A stretch of DNA of 58,625 nucleotides from Chloroflexota bacterium (GTDB lineage Bacteria; Chloroflexota; Anaerolineae; B4-G1; SLSP01), in assembly GCA_034717835.1 (NCBI GenBank), contig JAYELZ010000034.1, forward strand, positions 1-58,625. Reading direction: 5' to 3'. The translations under genes and the position numbers were made by a program. Below are positions 9,527 through 18,394 of this stretch, piece by piece. Positions within the stretch are counted from its first letter, which is position 1. Every line of letters starts with the position of its first letter. Below the pieces are notes generated by a model that worked only from the letters and a program-made list of their open reading frames with translations, was not told the origin of the DNA and did not search any database.

Positions 9527-11299
9527 CTATTCCACATGCACAGCTTCAACCGGGCAGACTTGCTTGCAGATGCCGCAGCGGATGCAGCTCTCCGGGTCAA
9601 TGATGTGTACTTCCTTCGGCTTCCCGCTGATGGCGTTGACCGGGCAGTTGCGGGCGCAGCGGGTGCAGCCGATGCAGGCCTCTGGGTCGATGGTAAATTC
9701 AATCAATCCCTTGCAGACTTTGGCGGGGCATTTCTTAGCGTAGATGTGCGCCTCGTACTCGTCGCGGAAATATTTGATGGTGCTTAAGACGGGGTTCGGC
9801 GCGCCCTTGCCCAGTCCACAGAGAGAACCTTCCTTAATATAGTCCGCCAGGGACTCCAGCCGCTCGATATCGCCAGGTTGTCCTTTGCCGGCGCAGATAT
9901 CGTTCAGGATTTCCAACATGCGGCGAGTTCCGACACGGCAGGGGGTGCATTTGCCGCAAGATTCGTCCTGCGTAAATTCCATGAAGAAGCGAGCGATATC
10001 CACCATGCAGGTATCCTCGTCCATCACCACGAAGCCGCCAGACCCCATCATGGAGCCGACTGAAGCCAGACTTTCGTAATCGACGGGCAGATCCAAGTAT
10101 TCCTCTGGGATACAGCCGCCCATCGGGCCGCCGGTCTGCACGGCCTTGAACTTTTTATCATTCAGGATGCCCCCGCCAATGTCATAAACAATCTCGCGGA
10201 TGGTCATGCCCAGCGGCACTTCCACCAACCCGGTGCGTTTTACCTTGCCGGCGATGGCGAAGGTCTTGGTGCCCTTGCTTTTCTCCGTGCCCATTGAGGA
10301 GAACCATGCCGCCCCACGCCGGAGGATTTTGGGGACATTGGCCAAAGTCTCCACGTTGTTGATGTTGGTGGAGTATCCCCAGAGGCCGGAGTTGGCGGGG
10401 AATGGGGGCCGGGTGAGCGGCATCCCGCGCTTTCCTTCAATGGATTGCATGAGTGCGGTCTCTTCTCCGCAGACGAAAGCGCCGGCGCCCATGCGGATCT
10501 CGATATCAAAGTCAAAGCCACTCTCGAAGATATTTTTGCCCAGCAAGCCATACTCGCGCGCCTGCTTGATGGCTGTACGCAGGATTTTGATGGCGATAGG
10601 ATACTCGGCGCGCACGTAGATGTAGCCCTGTTGCGCGCCGATGGCGTAGGCGGCGATCGCCATACCTTCCAACACCGCGTGGGGATCACCTTCCAGGACG
10701 CGGCGGTTCATAAATGCGCCGGGATCGCCCTCGTCGGCGTTGCAGATCACGAACTTCTGCTCACTATCCGCCCGGCGGGCAAAATTCCATTTAAGCCAGG
10801 TGGGGAAGCCAGCACCTCCACGCCCACGCAACCCGGATTCCTTCATCTCAGCGATCACGTTCTCCGGTTCCATTTCAGAGAGCACTTCACCCAGTGCGAT
10901 GTAACCATCTAGTGCGATATAATCGTCGATATTTTCGGGGTCAATCTTCCCGATGTTAGCCAGCACCACGCGCACCTCTTTAGCTGAGGGCGGGGGGAGT
11001 GGTTCACTGGGCGGTTCTTGATAAGTTAGTTTCTCTATAGGGCGACCTTTGAGTAGATGTTCGGCGACAATAAGCCGGGCATCGTCGGTGGTCAGGTTAA
11101 CATACTGAGTCCCTTCTGGATAGATGACCAGCTCTGGGCCTTGTGCATCATGGCCTAAAGAGCTAACTTCCATAACTTGGACTTCAGCAGCCAACTCTAA
11201 CGTGGCGAGCTCCTCCTGGAGAGCAGCTTTTACTTCCTGCGCCCCCAGGTCAATACACTGCGGGCTGTTGCTGATCAATACATGTGCACGGTAAACCAT
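9527..11299 (-). CDS. NuoF/HydB-like flavin subunit, long form with C-terminal 2x[4Fe-4S] ferredoxin domain
   Basis: CNADEGDPGAFMNR, GAGAFVCGEET, GGPMGG, ESCGKCTPCRVG, CPAKVC, CIGCTRCARNCP, CIRCGICKQVCP. Confidence 0.92.
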   Translation of the reverse strand: MVYRAHVLISNSPQCIDLGAQEVKAALQEELATLELAAEVQVMEVSSLGHDAQGPELVIYPEGTQYVNLTTDDARLIVAEHLLKGRPIEKLTYQEPPSEPLPPPSAKEVRVVLANIGKIDPENIDDYIALDGYIALGEVLSEMEPENVIAEMKESGLRGRGGAGFPTWLKWNFARRADSEQKFVICNADEGDPGAFMNRRVLEGDPHAVLEGMAIAAYAIGAQQGYIYVRAEYPIAIKILRTAIKQAREYGLLGKNIFESGFDFDIEIRMGAGAFVCGEETALMQSIEGKRGMPLTRPPFPANSGLWGYSTNINNVETLANVPKILRRGAAWFSSMGTEKSKGTKTFAIAGKVKRTGLVEVPLGMTIREIVYDIGGGILNDKKFKAVQTGGPMGGCIPEEYLDLPVDYESLASVGSMMGSGGFVVMDEDTCMVDIARFFMEFTQDESCGKCTPCRVGTRRMLEILNDICAGKGQPGDIERLESLADYIKEGSLCGLGKGAPNPVLSTIKYFRDEYEAHIYAKKCPAKVCKGLIEFTIDPEACIGCTRCARNCPVNAISGKPKEVHIIDPESCIRCGICKQVCPVEAVHVE

Positions 11300-11340
11300 A
11301 GGACCTCCTTAATAACTGTGAGCGTCACTCACACTGCCGG

Positions 11341-11706
11341 CTATTTAGCTGTTTTAACTTCCCATTCGGGCACTGGTTCGCCAGCGACGAGGCGTTTGAC
11401 GATCAAGGTAGCCGCGCGCGCCGCATCAATTTTGCCGTACCAGGTAGGTTCCTCAGCGCCGACCTGGATCTTGACCAGCGGCTCGTATTCGCAGAGGCCA
11501 ATGCAGCCAGTTTGCGTGACTACCACATCCTTGAGCTGGCGCTGCTCGATCTCAGCGAGAATAGCTTTCATAGTTTCGCGCGCGCCGGCGGCAATGCCAC
11601 AAGTGCCCATTGCCACGGTCACGCGCGCTCGCGCTTCTGTCCCACTTAATTGGCGACGTTGCAGGGCACGTTCTTTGATTTTACGTAGTTCGGCTAAATT
11701 TTTCAT
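11341..11706 (-). CDS. Thioredoxin-like [2Fe-2S] ferredoxin (HydD/HndB-like)
   Basis: VAMGTCGIAAGAR, QTGCIGLCEYEP. Confidence 0.88.
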   Translation of the reverse strand: MKNLAELRKIKERALQRRQLSGTEARARVTVAMGTCGIAAGARETMKAILAEIEQRQLKDVVVTQTGCIGLCEYEPLVKIQVGAEEPTWYGKIDAARAATLIVKRLVAGEPVPEWEVKTAK

Positions 11707-11758
11707 GCTTTATTTCCTCCTAAGGTATAAATCAACGGGTTAGAAAATTGCCGGGTGA

Positions 11759-12334
11759 TTAGTGCGGAGTTATTCCCGATAGCCCGGCTTCCAAAGTGTT
11801 TCTGAGGAATCCCAACACTTCGGGGTCAGAGAGAGGTACCTCATTGCCTAGTACTGCTCGTACCTCGCGGGTATCCAAAATAAACTCCTCTTCCGCTGGG
11901 GATGTCAGACCTATCAAGTGATGGTGGTAATAAAGATCGACTTGCGGATAACCGACGATCATACAAGTGACAGTTGTTGCCACATCGCCCAGAGGAGGCC
12001 GGTCAATGTGGCTATATTGGAAGGACGCCTGGGTCGTTGTCCCTTGACCTGGTTGCGAGTGAATCGCGAAGTTCCCCCCGCACATCTCTGCCGTTTGCTT
12101 AAAGAAAGGAATCCCCAAACCTACCTTGCGCGTGGTGCGCGTCGTGACCCAGGGATCGGCAATGTGTTGGAGCATCTCGGCATCCATCCCTGCGCCATTA
12201 TCGCATAAGGTGATGGTGAGTAGGTCTTGCTGCAAGTCCTCCTCGATATCCACGGTAATCAACGTGGCACCGGCTTTGACGCCATTCTCGTAAATATCCA
12301 AGATGTGTTGGGACAGGTCCCGAAAAACGGTCAT
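11759..12334 (-). CDS. Stand-alone HATPase_c (histidine-kinase-like ATPase) of hydrogenase-type operons
   Basis: DLSQHILDIYENGVKAGA, DNGAGM, TTRTTRKVGLGIP, HIDRPPLGD. Confidence 0.85.
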   Translation of the reverse strand: MTVFRDLSQHILDIYENGVKAGATLITVDIEEDLQQDLLTITLCDNGAGMDAEMLQHIADPWVTTRTTRKVGLGIPFFKQTAEMCGGNFAIHSQPGQGTTTQASFQYSHIDRPPLGDVATTVTCMIVGYPQVDLYYHHHLIGLTSPAEEEFILDTREVRAVLGNEVPLSDPEVLGFLRNTLEAGLSGITPH

Positions 12335-12422
12335 TAGGTTAGTCCATTAGTTGGTTAGTCGTTAGTCAAGTAGTCAAGGGCTAATCTTCAACTTTAGACC
12401 TTTGACTTTGGACTTTTGACTC

Positions 12423-12920
12423 CTATTTATATTTGCGTAGAATACGACCTATCTTACCCGGATCAACGCGTCCCACAATGTCGTCGTCAACCATCACCAC
12501 CGGCGCCTGTGAGCAAGCTCCCACGCAGCGGCAAATCTCCAAAGTGAAGCGGTTATCTTCTGTGGTTTCGTTGATATCCACCTCCAAGAGCTGTTTAAGC
12601 TTCTCCACTAGCATGGGGCCGTCGCGCACGTAGCAAGCGGTTCCCAGACAGACACTGACCTTATGCCGTCCAATGGGGCTGGTGCGGAAGGAGGAGTAGA
12701 AAGTCAATACGCCGTAGAGATGGCTGAGTGGTACATGCAGCTGCTCCGCGAGGTAGCTCTGCATAGGGGGAGAGATGTAGCCCACCTCTTCCTGCACCAA
12801 AGTTAATACCAACATGGTGGCTCCAGGTTTGCCGAGATTTTTGGCCAGAATAACATCAATTTTTTCTCTGTTTTCCGGCTGTAGCTCTGCTACCAGTTCT
12901 TCGGCAGGAGTGACATTCAT
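12423..12920 (-). CDS. NuoE/HydC (HndA)-like 2Fe-2S subunit
   Basis: YGVLTFYS, VCLGTACYVR, CRCVGACSQAP. Start moved to ATG 12920, which follows a GAGGTG RBS. Confidence 0.9.
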   Translation of the reverse strand: MNVTPAEELVAELQPENREKIDVILAKNLGKPGATMLVLTLVQEEVGYISPPMQSYLAEQLHVPLSHLYGVLTFYSSFRTSPIGRHKVSVCLGTACYVRDGPMLVEKLKQLLEVDINETTEDNRFTLEICRCVGACSQAPVVMVDDDIVGRVDPGKIGRILRKYK

Positions 12921-13000
12921 AAATTCACCTCGACTATATGTATTTTTTTGCATGTATATGGTAAAAAAACAAATCCCACGATGGAAAATAATCATCTGGT

Positions 13001-13028
13001 ATTATACTGGCAATTCTTCTAATTCCAA
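13001..13028 (-). promoter_or_regulatory. Putative sigma70 promoter for the nuoE...fdhF unit
   Basis: Minus strand TTGGAA-16 nt-TATAAT within an AT-rich gap. Confidence 0.4.
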
Positions 13029-13073
13029 AGTGTTATTTGTGCGTTCTTTACTGGTAATTCTACGCGATTCAGT

Positions 13074-13823
13074 TTAGGGGACGTAGAAACTCCGCCCATC
13101 TATGCTGTGGAGAGCCAGACGTAGCTCGGCGATAGTTGGCGCGGCTAGAGAGTAGATAGTTCTTACTTGCCCCAGAGTATCCAACCAATGCGCGTCGGAG
13201 TTGGTGATGAGCGGCAGGTCTGGCAGAAAAGGGTATCGGTGCCGTGCCTCGGAGGGGCGTAAGCGTGAGGAAACCTCCGCGGCATCGGCCTCCAGGTGTG
13301 GTGGCCAGAGGCCCAACACGCCTAGTAGTCCCTTTGCCGGACGTGTGATGTGGGCTGGAATGACCAGCCCGCCCAGCGCGTGGACGGCGCGAGCCGCTTC
13401 TTCTAGCGAAATCTGCGCCGGCCCCTGATAGAAATACAACTCCTCGCGCACGAAATTACCCTCGGTGTCGACCACAAACTGTGGCCCGAAGTGTTCCGGG
13501 TCATTTTCCAGGGGTAGTAAGAGCGGCGTGACCTGCGATTGCCAGCTCATGGCCTGCTCCAAAGTATCAAAGAGGCAGAGCAAGTCCACTTCCTCCTGCG
13601 CTTGGAGTTCCATGCCCGGCAATACAGTCAGCCCGGTGCCGTGCGCCGCCTCCATCACCGCCGCCGCGTTAGCTGTGGCATTGTGATCGGTGATCGCGAT
13701 GATGTCCAACCCTTTGTGGAGTGACTCGTCCACAATCAATGGAGGGATCATCTCCACCTCGGCGCAAGCGGAAAGTACCGTGTGAATATGTAGATCAGCT
13801 TGGTAGGCGCGGATGGCGGGCAC
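13074..13823 (-). CDS. PHP-domain metal-dependent phosphoesterase
   Basis: DLHIHTVLSAC, AITDHN, GME, PAH, NSDAH. Confidence 0.9.
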   Translation of the reverse strand: MPAIRAYQADLHIHTVLSACAEVEMIPPLIVDESLHKGLDIIAITDHNATANAAAVMEAAHGTGLTVLPGMELQAQEEVDLLCLFDTLEQAMSWQSQVTPLLLPLENDPEHFGPQFVVDTEGNFVREELYFYQGPAQISLEEAARAVHALGGLVIPAHITRPAKGLLGVLGLWPPHLEADAAEVSSRLRPSEARHRYPFLPDLPLITNSDAHWLDTLGQVRTIYSLAAPTIAELRLALHSIDGRSFYVP

Positions 13824-13831
13824 GTTCGTCT

Positions 13832-14164
13832 TTAGTACCCTGCTTGGATCAGTTTAGCGACGGTTTCGTAGGTTGGTTCCGCGCTGGAAAGAAGCACTAC
13901 GCCTTCCGCCATGGCTTTTTCGACCGTTGCCGGGGCGATGGGAGCATCTTCCGTTACTACAATCGCCGCTACCTCCAACATGGAAGCGATGGCGATGATG
14001 TTGAGATGGGTCTGCAGGGTGAACCAGAGTTGCCCCGGTTGTACGCCGGCCATCACACAACTCAATAGATCGGCGATATAGCAGCCTTGGGCTTCACGTT
14101 CCAGTTGCTTTGCCCCGGCCAACACCTTCAAATCTAGTTCAGCTACAATTTTCTTCAGCTGCAT
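13832..14164 (-). CDS. DRTGG-domain protein
   Basis: CYIADLLSCVMAG..LWFTLQTHLNIIAIA pattern. Confidence 0.8.
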   Translation of the reverse strand: MQLKKIVAELDLKVLAGAKQLEREAQGCYIADLLSCVMAGVQPGQLWFTLQTHLNIIAIASMLEVAAIVVTEDAPIAPATVEKAMAEGVVLLSSAEPTYETVAKLIQAGY

Positions 14165-14203
14165 TTGCTCCCTCCCAATAATTTGCGCTACTGAACTTGG
14201 TTC

Positions 14204-15166
14204 TTACTGCGGGGTGACGTTGAAAATCATCTCCACGCGGGTCCCCGTATTCACGGCTGACCAGACGTGTAGTGCGTCAGCACAGTGTTCGGCGTTGACC
14301 AGTCCCATGCCGGCTCCGAAACCCATTTCGCGGGCTTTTTGCGAGGCGGTAGAGAAGCCGGGCTGGCGGGCTAAGGCGACATCCGCGATGCCTGGCCCAT
14401 CATCGTGGGCCACTATGGTGATCTGCTCTGGCTGGATTCTGGCGACAATGTGCCCGCCGTTGAGCGTGTGGATAATCAAGTTGATCTCTATTTCGTAGGT
14501 TGCAATCGCCACCCGTCGTGCCAGTTGAGGAGTAGCTCCAATTTGCTGTAAAGCTTTCTTGATGCTGGAAGAGGCGTGTCCGCCTTTGATGAAATCTCCG
14601 ACTTGTACCCGGTAGCGCAAGGTCAAACTGGTCTCGTCTGAATTTAAGGCTTGGAAGAAGTGGTGTGATTGTTCTTGCTGCTGCAATTGCTCAATTTTCC
14701 GATAGGCTTTTTCCAGGGTTTGGAGGAGACCTGCCATAATATCGCCTTTTGTCAGAATTCCGGTCAAATTACCTAATTTGTCGACCACTATCAGACGTCC
14801 GAAGCCAGCCGTCTCTATCCGCTTTAGAGCTTCCACGACCGGTTCTTCATCCAGTGCGGTAGCTAGATCGGTGGCCATGAATTCGGTCACCGGAGCGTCT
14901 AATCGCTCCTGTTCTAGGGCACGAATTAGGTCTTCTACACTGACAAGTCCCAATAATTCTTGGTGTTCAGGAGATACAATGGGGATACCTGACACCCGCT
15001 GGTCACGCATCATATCCTTTACAGCGCGCATTAAGGTTGTCGGGGGGAGCGTTGAGATGTTGGCCGTCATCACCTCGGAGACCTGAATTTCATAGGTCAG
15101 CTCATGTAAGATGGAGAGCGGAAGGTCCTTACCCATCCGCGCGAAAAGCGAAAAATTTTGACTCAT
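14204..15166 (-). CDS. CBS-pair fused to anti-sigma-factor-type Ser/Thr kinase (HATPase)
   Basis: Two CBS repeats (VSGIPIV..LLGLVSVEDL; GRLIVVD..LTGILTKGDI), then YEIEINLIIH, DDGPGI, GFSTA, EMGFGAGMGL. Confidence 0.85.
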   Translation of the reverse strand: MSQNFSLFARMGKDLPLSILHELTYEIQVSEVMTANISTLPPTTLMRAVKDMMRDQRVSGIPIVSPEHQELLGLVSVEDLIRALEQERLDAPVTEFMATDLATALDEEPVVEALKRIETAGFGRLIVVDKLGNLTGILTKGDIMAGLLQTLEKAYRKIEQLQQQEQSHHFFQALNSDETSLTLRYRVQVGDFIKGGHASSSIKKALQQIGATPQLARRVAIATYEIEINLIIHTLNGGHIVARIQPEQITIVAHDDGPGIADVALARQPGFSTASQKAREMGFGAGMGLVNAEHCADALHVWSAVNTGTRVEMIFNVTPQ

Positions 15167-15528
15167 TGTTGTTGTACCATTGAGAGCTTGCCAAGCCCCG
15201 CTAAGCCAGCTTGATAGAGCAATCCAGAAGTTTCATACATGCTATAATCCGAGAGCAAAATCCCAACGCCGGTTTCTTGGGCCATAGTCAGTAATAGTTC
15301 TGGTGGTCGTTTGCCGCGCACAAAAAGAATTAGCGGAATATCAGACATTTCCGCGGTACGGATGGTCTGCGGATTGATCAAGCCCGTGAGCATTAGTAGC
15401 TGTGGTCTCGCAAAAGCTAAAATATCACTCATCAGATCAGCGGCAAAAGCATATTCTACTTCAATGTCTACTGACGGTGAAACCAGAACCTCACCGTCTA
15501 CTATTGTTGCAATCTCATTTATTCTCAT
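15163..15528 (-). CDS. DRTGG-domain protein
   Basis: AFAADLMSDILA, LTGLINPQTIRTAEM, VRGKRP. Start at 15528 follows a GGAGG RBS. Confidence 0.8.
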   Translation of the reverse strand: MRINEIATIVDGEVLVSPSVDIEVEYAFAADLMSDILAFARPQLLMLTGLINPQTIRTAEMSDIPLILFVRGKRPPELLLTMAQETGVGILLSDYSMYETSGLLYQAGLAGLGKLSMVQQQ

Positions 15529-15632
15529 GGTCGCCGTTGCCTCCTGCAATAATGCAGTTGAATTTCGATTGAGGTTACTTTTTAGGAAAATAAGTACATT
15601 TCTTAATGTGGAAGATTGCCTGTACAAAGGGT

Positions 15633-15641
15633 ATTATACCA
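15633..15641 (-). promoter_or_regulatory. Extended -10 promoter for the DRTGG/kinase/PHP unit
   Basis: Minus strand TGGTATAAT about 105 bp upstream of ATG 15528. Confidence 0.45.
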
Positions 15642-15693
15642 TACAAAGGTTAAAGTTGGACTCTGCGGGAAGTGGGCTTGATACAAGATCCTG

Positions 15694-15722
15694 TTGACAG
15701 GTGCTAGTAGAGGATGTAAACT
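15694..15722 (+). promoter_or_regulatory. Putative sigma70 promoter
   Basis: TTGACA-17 nt-TAAACT upstream of 15764. Confidence 0.45.
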
Positions 15723-15763
15723 GGATATAGTAAATCTTTGAGGCTATACTCTGAGGTGAGGTT

Positions 15764-16402
15764 ATGGATGGGTGGCTTTTCCCAGTACTTATTATAGTAA
15801 TTTTAGGCATAGTCGGATTGACGGCTTGGTTGGTGAGTGTTTTGGTGAAAGGAGGTGATGCCCCCCGAGAAGCAGTTACTCGTCAACCGGGCAGCGCTAA
15901 GAACAGCCTGCTCAGTGTTGACCGAGATGAACGCGGCATCTGGCAGGTGTGGGTTAAGGGGAAACTTTATCATAAACTAGCGGAGGTCCCGGAGCAGGCA
16001 ACGCGGCGCGAGGTAGTGGATGCGGTGCGGATATTAGCCGGGTTTAGCCGCGAATATATTTCCCGAGAGCATCATACCGCAGCCGCTGCCCCGAAAAAGC
16101 CGTCTCTCACGGGGGGAGAACCTCCTACGTTTTTGAAGGATACCGCCCCCAAACTTTCTCAGAAGCCGCCAGTTTTTATGCCACGCATTGACTTGGCCAA
16201 AGAAATTGGGGAAATTATGAAGGAGCTGTTACAACAACGTCCATCATTGGCACACCGCTCCATCTACTTGCAGAATTCTCTCGACGGGAGCGTCTCCTTT
16301 ATCGTTGATGGAGAGAGTTACTCGGCGGTAGGAGATATCTTAGATCTAGAGGTGCAGGCACTGATTCGAGCTGCTACGCGCAAATGGGAGGAGCGTCGGT
16401 GA
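15764..16402 (+). CDS. Hypothetical protein with N-terminal transmembrane anchor
   Basis: GAGG RBS, hydrophobic N-terminus, two loosely similar V.G..Y..(L/V).(E/D)(V/I) segments. Confidence 0.7.
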   Translation: MDGWLFPVLIIVILGIVGLTAWLVSVLVKGGDAPREAVTRQPGSAKNSLLSVDRDERGIWQVWVKGKLYHKLAEVPEQATRREVVDAVRILAGFSREYISREHHTAAAAPKKPSLTGGEPPTFLKDTAPKLSQKPPVFMPRIDLAKEIGEIMKELLQQRPSLAHRSIYLQNSLDGSVSFIVDGESYSAVGDILDLEVQALIRAATRKWEERR

Positions 16403-16462
16403 GGATGAGGCATTGAGTTTTAAGCATTTGGGTTCTCCGCGTTTCTGGGAGAACTCTACTCT

Positions 16463-16882
16463 TCAAGCTTCCGGTGCTGCCGCGGCCGGGAAATGTACGT
16501 CCACTACATCCCCGTGGATATCAATGATCACTTTGAAGCCCATCAGGCCTAGCCAAGACCGTGATTCCGCAGGCAACCCGGTGCGGAAGAGCTGTTCCAG
16601 GTTCTCATCAAAATGATCAATGGACCTCTCCACAGCGGCTTTGGTGAAAAGGTCGGCCTTGCCTAGAAATTGTAACATACCCTCTACCACCAACTCCCGT
16701 TGGCTGGAGATGTTTTCTTGCAAAGCGGCTAGTACTTGACGGTCTACTTCTTCTGAGTGGATATGTCGTTGAAATCCCCCCGTGTTCACTACGTAATAGG
16801 CCTTCCCTCCGATGATTTCTACCTCCACCGAAGCGTCCGTTTTGTCCAGTACCAAACCTGCGAAGAGAGCCACCCGCGCCAT
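16463..16882 (-). CDS. Hypothetical protein
   Basis: AAGGAG RBS before ATG 16882; globular-looking sequence. Confidence 0.7.
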   Translation of the reverse strand: MARVALFAGLVLDKTDASVEVEIIGGKAYYVVNTGGFQRHIHSEEVDRQVLAALQENISSQRELVVEGMLQFLGKADLFTKAAVERSIDHFDENLEQLFRTGLPAESRSWLGLMGFKVIIDIHGDVVDVHFPAAAAPEA

Positions 16883-16995
16883 AATTACTCCTTTGTTACC
16901 TTTGCTAGCGCCTGCGCTGTTTTGAATTTGCCTATCTCTGCTTGCCAAGTACACTTTAGCAGAAATCAATGTTTTGCCAAACTAGGAGCAGATAG

Positions 16996-17904
16996 ATGCG
17001 TGAACTTTATCCTGTAGCTGTGGTGACAGATTCTGCCGCCGGTTTACCGGAGGAACTAGTAGGACAATACCGTATCGGGGTGGTGCCGTTGGTGGTGCAA
17101 TTGGGTGGGCGAATTTACGATTCTGAGGAGCTGGGCATAGACGCCTTCTATCAATTACTACGTGACCCAGCATCTCTCCCGGCGACTACCAGCGCGCCCT
17201 CCATTGGGAATTTTCTGGCAATGTACGAGCGGGTGGCTAGGTGGGCTAAAGCGGTAGTCTCGGTGCATGTGGCTGGAGAACAGAGTGGGACTTGCAACGT
17301 GGCGCGGTTGGCTGGAGAGCATAGTTCTATCCCGGTGCAGGTGATTGATACGGGCACGACGGCGATGGCCGAGGGGTTTGTGGCCCTGGAAGCGGCGCGC
17401 GCAGCTTTGGAAGCATGTTCACTGAGCGAGGTGGTGGCCCGGACGCGGGCCGTGGTGCCGCGCGTGGAGTTGTTCGCGCTCTTGGAATCGGTGGACTACG
17501 CGGTGCGTGGCGGGCGGCTAGCGAGCGCGGCGCGACTAGTGAACAGTATCCTCAAAATTCAGCCTGTGGTGAGCGTGAAGGACAATCGACTGGCGCTCTT
17601 GACGCAGTGTCGCCGACGGGCCACGGGGTTACGCCGCCTGGTGGAGAAACTCCAGGCGCGGGTGGGCGAGCGGCCTCTCCATCTGGCGGTACATTACGCC
17701 GAGGATGAATTAGAAGGAGAAGGGCAGCAGTTATTGGCGACGTTGCGAGCACGGTTCAACTGTGTTGAGTCATTCTTAACCCGCGTGCCGATGGCGCTGG
17801 GCGTACATGCCGGGCCTGGCTCTCTGGGGATTGGATACTATGCGGAAGGCCATGCAGCATCTCCCACCACCTGGCGCGAGCGGATTGGGGTGTTGTTGGG
17901 CTGA
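16996..17904 (+). CDS. DegV family fatty-acid-binding protein
   Basis: VVTDSAA, TTSAPS, QSGT, IDTGT, GGR, LKIQP, GVHAGPG. Confidence 0.92.
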   Translation: MRELYPVAVVTDSAAGLPEELVGQYRIGVVPLVVQLGGRIYDSEELGIDAFYQLLRDPASLPATTSAPSIGNFLAMYERVARWAKAVVSVHVAGEQSGTCNVARLAGEHSSIPVQVIDTGTTAMAEGFVALEAARAALEACSLSEVVARTRAVVPRVELFALLESVDYAVRGGRLASAARLVNSILKIQPVVSVKDNRLALLTQCRRRATGLRRLVEKLQARVGERPLHLAVHYAEDELEGEGQQLLATLRARFNCVESFLTRVPMALGVHAGPGSLGIGYYAEGHAASPTTWRERIGVLLG

Positions 17905-17936
17905 CGAGTTGTTCTCATAAATACCTCGGAGGTTAA

Positions 17937-18371
17937 ATGTCAGTCAAGGAACGTAACCGTCAATTGCGCGTCGTCGCGGAGATTTTGCTGGTGCATATCC
18001 CAGCAACGTTGCCCGACGACCAAGCGCTGACCCGTGATCTGCTGGCCGTGGTCGGGACGGCGCTGCGCACCGTCCACGAGGACGCGGAGCAATCGGCGCG
18101 GGCCTGGGATAAGCGCGCGTATGATATCAAGTCCGACAAACTGCGCCGTGAGTGGGGCTGGGCGTTGGGCGCCTCCAATTATGCCCGCGGCTTGGCGTTG
18201 CGCAAGCAGAAACCAGACCGCGGAGATCTCCGGAAATTGCGGTTGTTGATTCGCCCGGAACTCACTAAATCACGCCGACAGCAGATCAAGGACCCGACGC
18301 GCTTTCGCGGAGCGGCTGAAGCCGTGCGCAAGCAAGAGGCGAATCGACCTCCCCCTTTGCGAGAGTATTGA
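17937..18371 (+). CDS. Hypothetical basic protein
   Basis: GGAGG RBS; 144-aa ORF filling the gap. Confidence 0.65.
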   Translation: MSVKERNRQLRVVAEILLVHIPATLPDDQALTRDLLAVVGTALRTVHEDAEQSARAWDKRAYDIKSDKLRREWGWALGASNYARGLALRKQKPDRGDLRKLRLLIRPELTKSRRQQIKDPTRFRGAAEAVRKQEANRPPPLREY

Positions 18372-18394
18372 GAGTTAACCTGGCCGCGGGCGGC

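Noticed and set aside
12921-13073. Rex operator upstream of the redox operon
   Set aside because: No convincing TTGTGAA-N4-TTCACAA palindrome was found by eye
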